Source: Macrostomum hystrix (taxonomy: Eukaryota; Animalia; Platyhelminthes). From it: a DNA stretch of 64,000 nt. The stretch covers positions 9,176,001 through 9,240,000 of the forward strand of contig CATNEN010000002.1 of NCBI GenBank assembly GCA_950097015.1, in the 5' to 3' direction. The position numbers and the translations under genes are program-made. The notes under the pieces are model-generated. The model did not search any database. It saw nothing but the letters and a program-made list of their open reading frames with translations, and was not told the origin of the DNA. Positions within the stretch are counted from its first letter, which is position 1. Each line of letters starts with the position of its first letter. Shown here piece after piece: positions 61,016-64,000 of this stretch.

Positions 61016-62009
61016 TCAAAGAACAGCAGGAGGGTCAAGTCGCGCTGTCTCTCGCAGTTTTAAGAACTTGCAAACGCAGGCAGCTTGTGTTGTGTCTGCG
61101 GCACAAGTACTTATCACTGACTCGGAGTGCTAGGTCAAGCAGCCCAACCAGCTAGTAGTTTCAAAAGCTTACCGGGTCGAAGCTCAGGCAGTCTGCTTGC
61201 AGCGCGGGTAGGTCCCGGGAGATCGCAGGCTGCTCACGCAGGGTGCCGGCAATTTATCCCAATTTCCCCCAAAGCGGGCAGGCGGGGCAGAGTTTTCACC
61301 TGCCGCTCGGGTGCCGCAATTTCTTTCCCAAAACCGGGGATCATTTCTCAACTGTTTCCGAGCGCATGCAGCAACTGCTTAGATCGAATCCCTGCAGCTC
61401 CGCATTTTCCCCAACAACACCCGAAACTGCAAACAGGTCGGTGTGACCGCGGGCCGCCAACCCCAGAGCTGCCCTGCTCGGCAGAGCCCGTCAGGTCGGA
61501 AGGGCGGGGTTGCTGTCCCGTTTCTGGGCCGCACTGAGCACAGCAATTGCCACCTGGCCACAGTGTGCCGGCAATCGGGAAAATTCAAGAAAATTTCAAC
61601 TGTTTGAGCGCAGGAGACAGATTTGAGGACAGGCTATTCCTTGAGCAGGCGAGCAGCTGCAATTCTTTGTGCCACTTGTCTCATCTCTAATCCAGCGACG
61701 GCAATCTTTTCTTTAATTTATTTGCTTCGGAAAATTTTCTAATGCGCCGGCGCCACTACTTGAGCACAGCAGCCTCCCAATCACTTCTGCTTCTTTGGAG
61801 CACATCTTGGCCAGAAGCAGTCGAACTGGGCCATCATCTGTCGAAAATTCGAAAAGTCTAATTTCAACGTTACAAGAAAATTTCGCGGACGCATTCTAAA
61901 GAAGCCAAGAAACTCCCTGGCGGTGTCACCTTTGTAAAAGCATGGAAGCTTTTGTATGAGGCAAAATGTTCTCCAGAACGATCTGTAGGCAAGACGCCAC
62001 ATTGAAATG

Positions 62010-62305
62010 TTCAACTGCCTGACGATGAGAAAGGCACACAGATGTACACCTGTGTGAGTGTGGGCCTGCGTACAGCATCTGTGTGAGTGTGTGCCTGCGT
62101 ACAGCATCTGTGTGAGTGTGGGCCTGCGTACAGCATCTGTGTGAGTGTGTGCCTGCGTACAGCATCTGTGTGAGTGTGTGCCTGTGTACAGCATCTGTGT
62201 GAGTGTGTGCTCAGGAGTCAGCGAAATGGTCAGATTTGCCACCTCGCTGGAAAATAATGTGCCATTGCCCACAGCCCTCCTGCTATTATTACAATTATTT
62301 TTAAG
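62010..62305 (+). mobile_element. 3' half of SINE family A containing a 29-bp internal tandem expansion (62050-62210)
   Basis: GACGATGAGA...GATGTACAC...GGAGTCAGCGAAATGG...CCTCGCTGG...GTGCCATTGCCCACAG matches 19410-19560. Unit CTGTGTGAGTGTGTGCCTGCGTACAGCAT x~5.5. Confidence 0.7.
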
Positions 62306-63059
62306 AAAGACGGTCTGCTAAACTAACATTTTGGTCCGCGACTCAGTAGTCTCATTGTTAAAATCTCAAAATCTCACCCATCGATTCGTGGAAATCGCGT
62401 GCCATCAACCAAGTAATCAAATAAAGAAGCAAAGAACAAAGACGCGATTTTCAGTAATTTTCAATTCACCATTAAAACTGATAAAAAGTGAAGTCGATCA
62501 GATAATGATGGAGCTAGTCTGTGACCTGTGACGGCTAATGGGTAATGCAATGTGGGGATTTCAAGTCTGGGACCAGACACCGGAGCGAAAGTTAAACAAA
62601 ATCGACTGCAGAAATCAATCAATCAGGGAGGCCGAAATTGAAACAGGACTAATGCACAGCTTGGCACATTGCTAATTGTTCGCTAAATTTGATCCGACTG
62701 CTCTCAGAAAAAATATCTACTTGCATAGAATAAAATGATGAGCACAGATTATATAAAGTTAGCTTGTTGCGATCCGTTGAAGTATTTGTTTGGTCCTAAA
62801 ATATGAGCAATCAATAAATAATAATATGATAAAAAGCAGAAACTACAAACTAAAGACAATCATCAGACCTTGGAAACTGAGGAAACACAAATACCTGAAC
62901 AGGGCGGACTACAAAACACCATTTGCCCACTGGAAGCATTGTTTGTTGAAGTTATGGATGGCTGCATGATCCTATTGCAAAACAATGGTATAGCAGAAAT
63001 ACAAGATAAACAAAGTAGAATAACAGTGCGTGTCACCGTGAGCTGGTTGTGACTGAGCA

Positions 63060-63520
63060 GACTCGAAATCTAATGCTAAATGATGGTAGACTCGAAATCT
63101 TATATTATGGGATGGTAGACTCGAAATCGCAATCTCAGGGAGAGTAGACTCAAAATCTCACCCTCAGGGAGACTCAAAATCTCAACCTCAGGGAGACTCA
63201 AAATCTCAACCTCAGGGAGACTCAAAATCTCACCCTCAGGGAGAGTAGACTCAAAATCTCAATCTCAGGGAGAGTAGACTTAAAATCTCAACCTCAGAGA
63301 GAGTAGACTCAAAATCTCACCCTCAGGGAGACTCAAAATCTCACTCTCAGGGAGACTCAAAATCTCACTCTCAGGGATAGAAGACTTAAAATTCTCAAAC
63401 TCAAGACAGAAGACTAAAAATCTCAACCAAAAGCTTGAAGACTCAAAGTCTCACCCGTAGGTATATTGGACTCAAAATCTGAACCTCCAGTATGGAATAC
63501 ACAAAATCTCACCCCCGGGC
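63060..63520. repeat. 24-29-bp minisatellite (GACTCAAAATCTCAACCTCAGGGA[GAGTA])
   Basis: Directly visible, degenerate at both ends. Confidence 0.85.
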
Positions 63521-63727
63521 TTTGGCCTCTAATTTTGGGTGATTGCGGGTGGACCCAGTCAGTCAGCAACACTAGTCAAGGTGCTTGTGGCCAGGAGAAA
63601 AAAACAAAGGAAATTGCTTTGGCTAAGAAACAATTCAACTAAAAATATACAGATCCTGCAGTCAGCAACTGCTGTGGAAGCTAACAGAAATTTAATCTCG
63701 GTCAGACACAGATGACGAACGATGGAA

Positions 63728-63987
63728 TCACAGCTCGACCTTCTCCTCGCTGGTCATGTACTTGACAAACCCGGCGGCATCTCTGGCGCCACTAAAGTCG
63801 GCTGGCCGCTTGCCGAAGTAATAGTGCTTGAAGGTGGGGTAGCCACTCACCCCCTCAGTCTGGCACAGGGCGGAGTTGTCCCCGCTGGTGCAGTCGACGG
63901 CTGCCAGCGCTGACTTCGGCGACGAGGCGGCGAGATCGGCGGCCGCCTTCGAGAACTCCGGCTTGGCGCGCTTGCAATGGCCGCACC
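63728..63987 (-). CDS. PDIA5: Protein disulfide isomerase (PDIA5/PDIR-like), last exon; rest of gene outside the window
   Basis: tgtccgcag|(W)CGHCKRAKPEF...LAAVDCTSGDNSALCQTEGVSGYPTFKHYYFGK...FVKYMTSEEKVEL-stop: thioredoxin CGHC motif, GYPTF and a KDEL-like KVEL ER-retention tail. The paralogue assignment is from remembered similarity. Confidence 0.8.
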
Positions 63988-64000
63988 CTGCGGACAGGCA

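Noticed and set aside
61486-61512. CCCGTCAGGTCGGAAGG resembling SRP RNA helix 8
   Set aside because: The conserved AGCAG on the 3' side is missing, and no Alu or helix 6 context is evident.

Overview
Eukaryotic (animal) genomic DNA, with GC-rich exons in AT-rich, minisatellite-laden introns and intergenic DNA. The style suggests a Macrostomum-like flatworm, but this is inference only. I could build phase-consistent GT-AG gene models by hand for six recognisable genes. These are ATP6AP2/renin receptor (+), a four-domain fasciclin (FAS1) protein with a probable GPI anchor (-), an intronless CDK5 activator p35 (+), a CNNM metal transporter (-), ornithine aminotransferase (+, head-to-head with CNNM) and the last exon of a PDIA5-like disulfide isomerase (-). 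An uncharacterised spliced gene lies at the left edge. Mobile DNA comprises a decayed I-group (Ingi/Nimb-like) LINE with APE, RT and RNase H remnants, a young 5'-truncated RTE LINE with an 8-bp TSD, a gag-only element bounded by ~300-bp direct repeats, a hAT-like MITE and two tRNA-derived SINE families, one copy nested in the other. About 20 different tandem arrays are present, and nearly all long ORFs in the ORF track are artefacts of these arrays or antisense shadows of GC-rich exons. There is no CRISPR array, rRNA or convincing intact tRNA. The most unusual observations are five. (1) A ubiquitin-tail-like LVMRLRGG motif lies in frame just ahead of the LINE endonuclease. (2) Introns are inflated by private 31-37-bp arrays, two of which, in unrelated genes 38 kb apart, share an exact 19-nt core resembling a 3' splice site. 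(3) A C-rich TCCGCAG acceptor recurs across genes. (4) The p35 stop codon is tandemly duplicated seven times. (5) The gag element's second repeat starts at the predicted transcription start. Several single-base frameshifts sit in homopolymer or dinucleotide runs and may be assembly errors.
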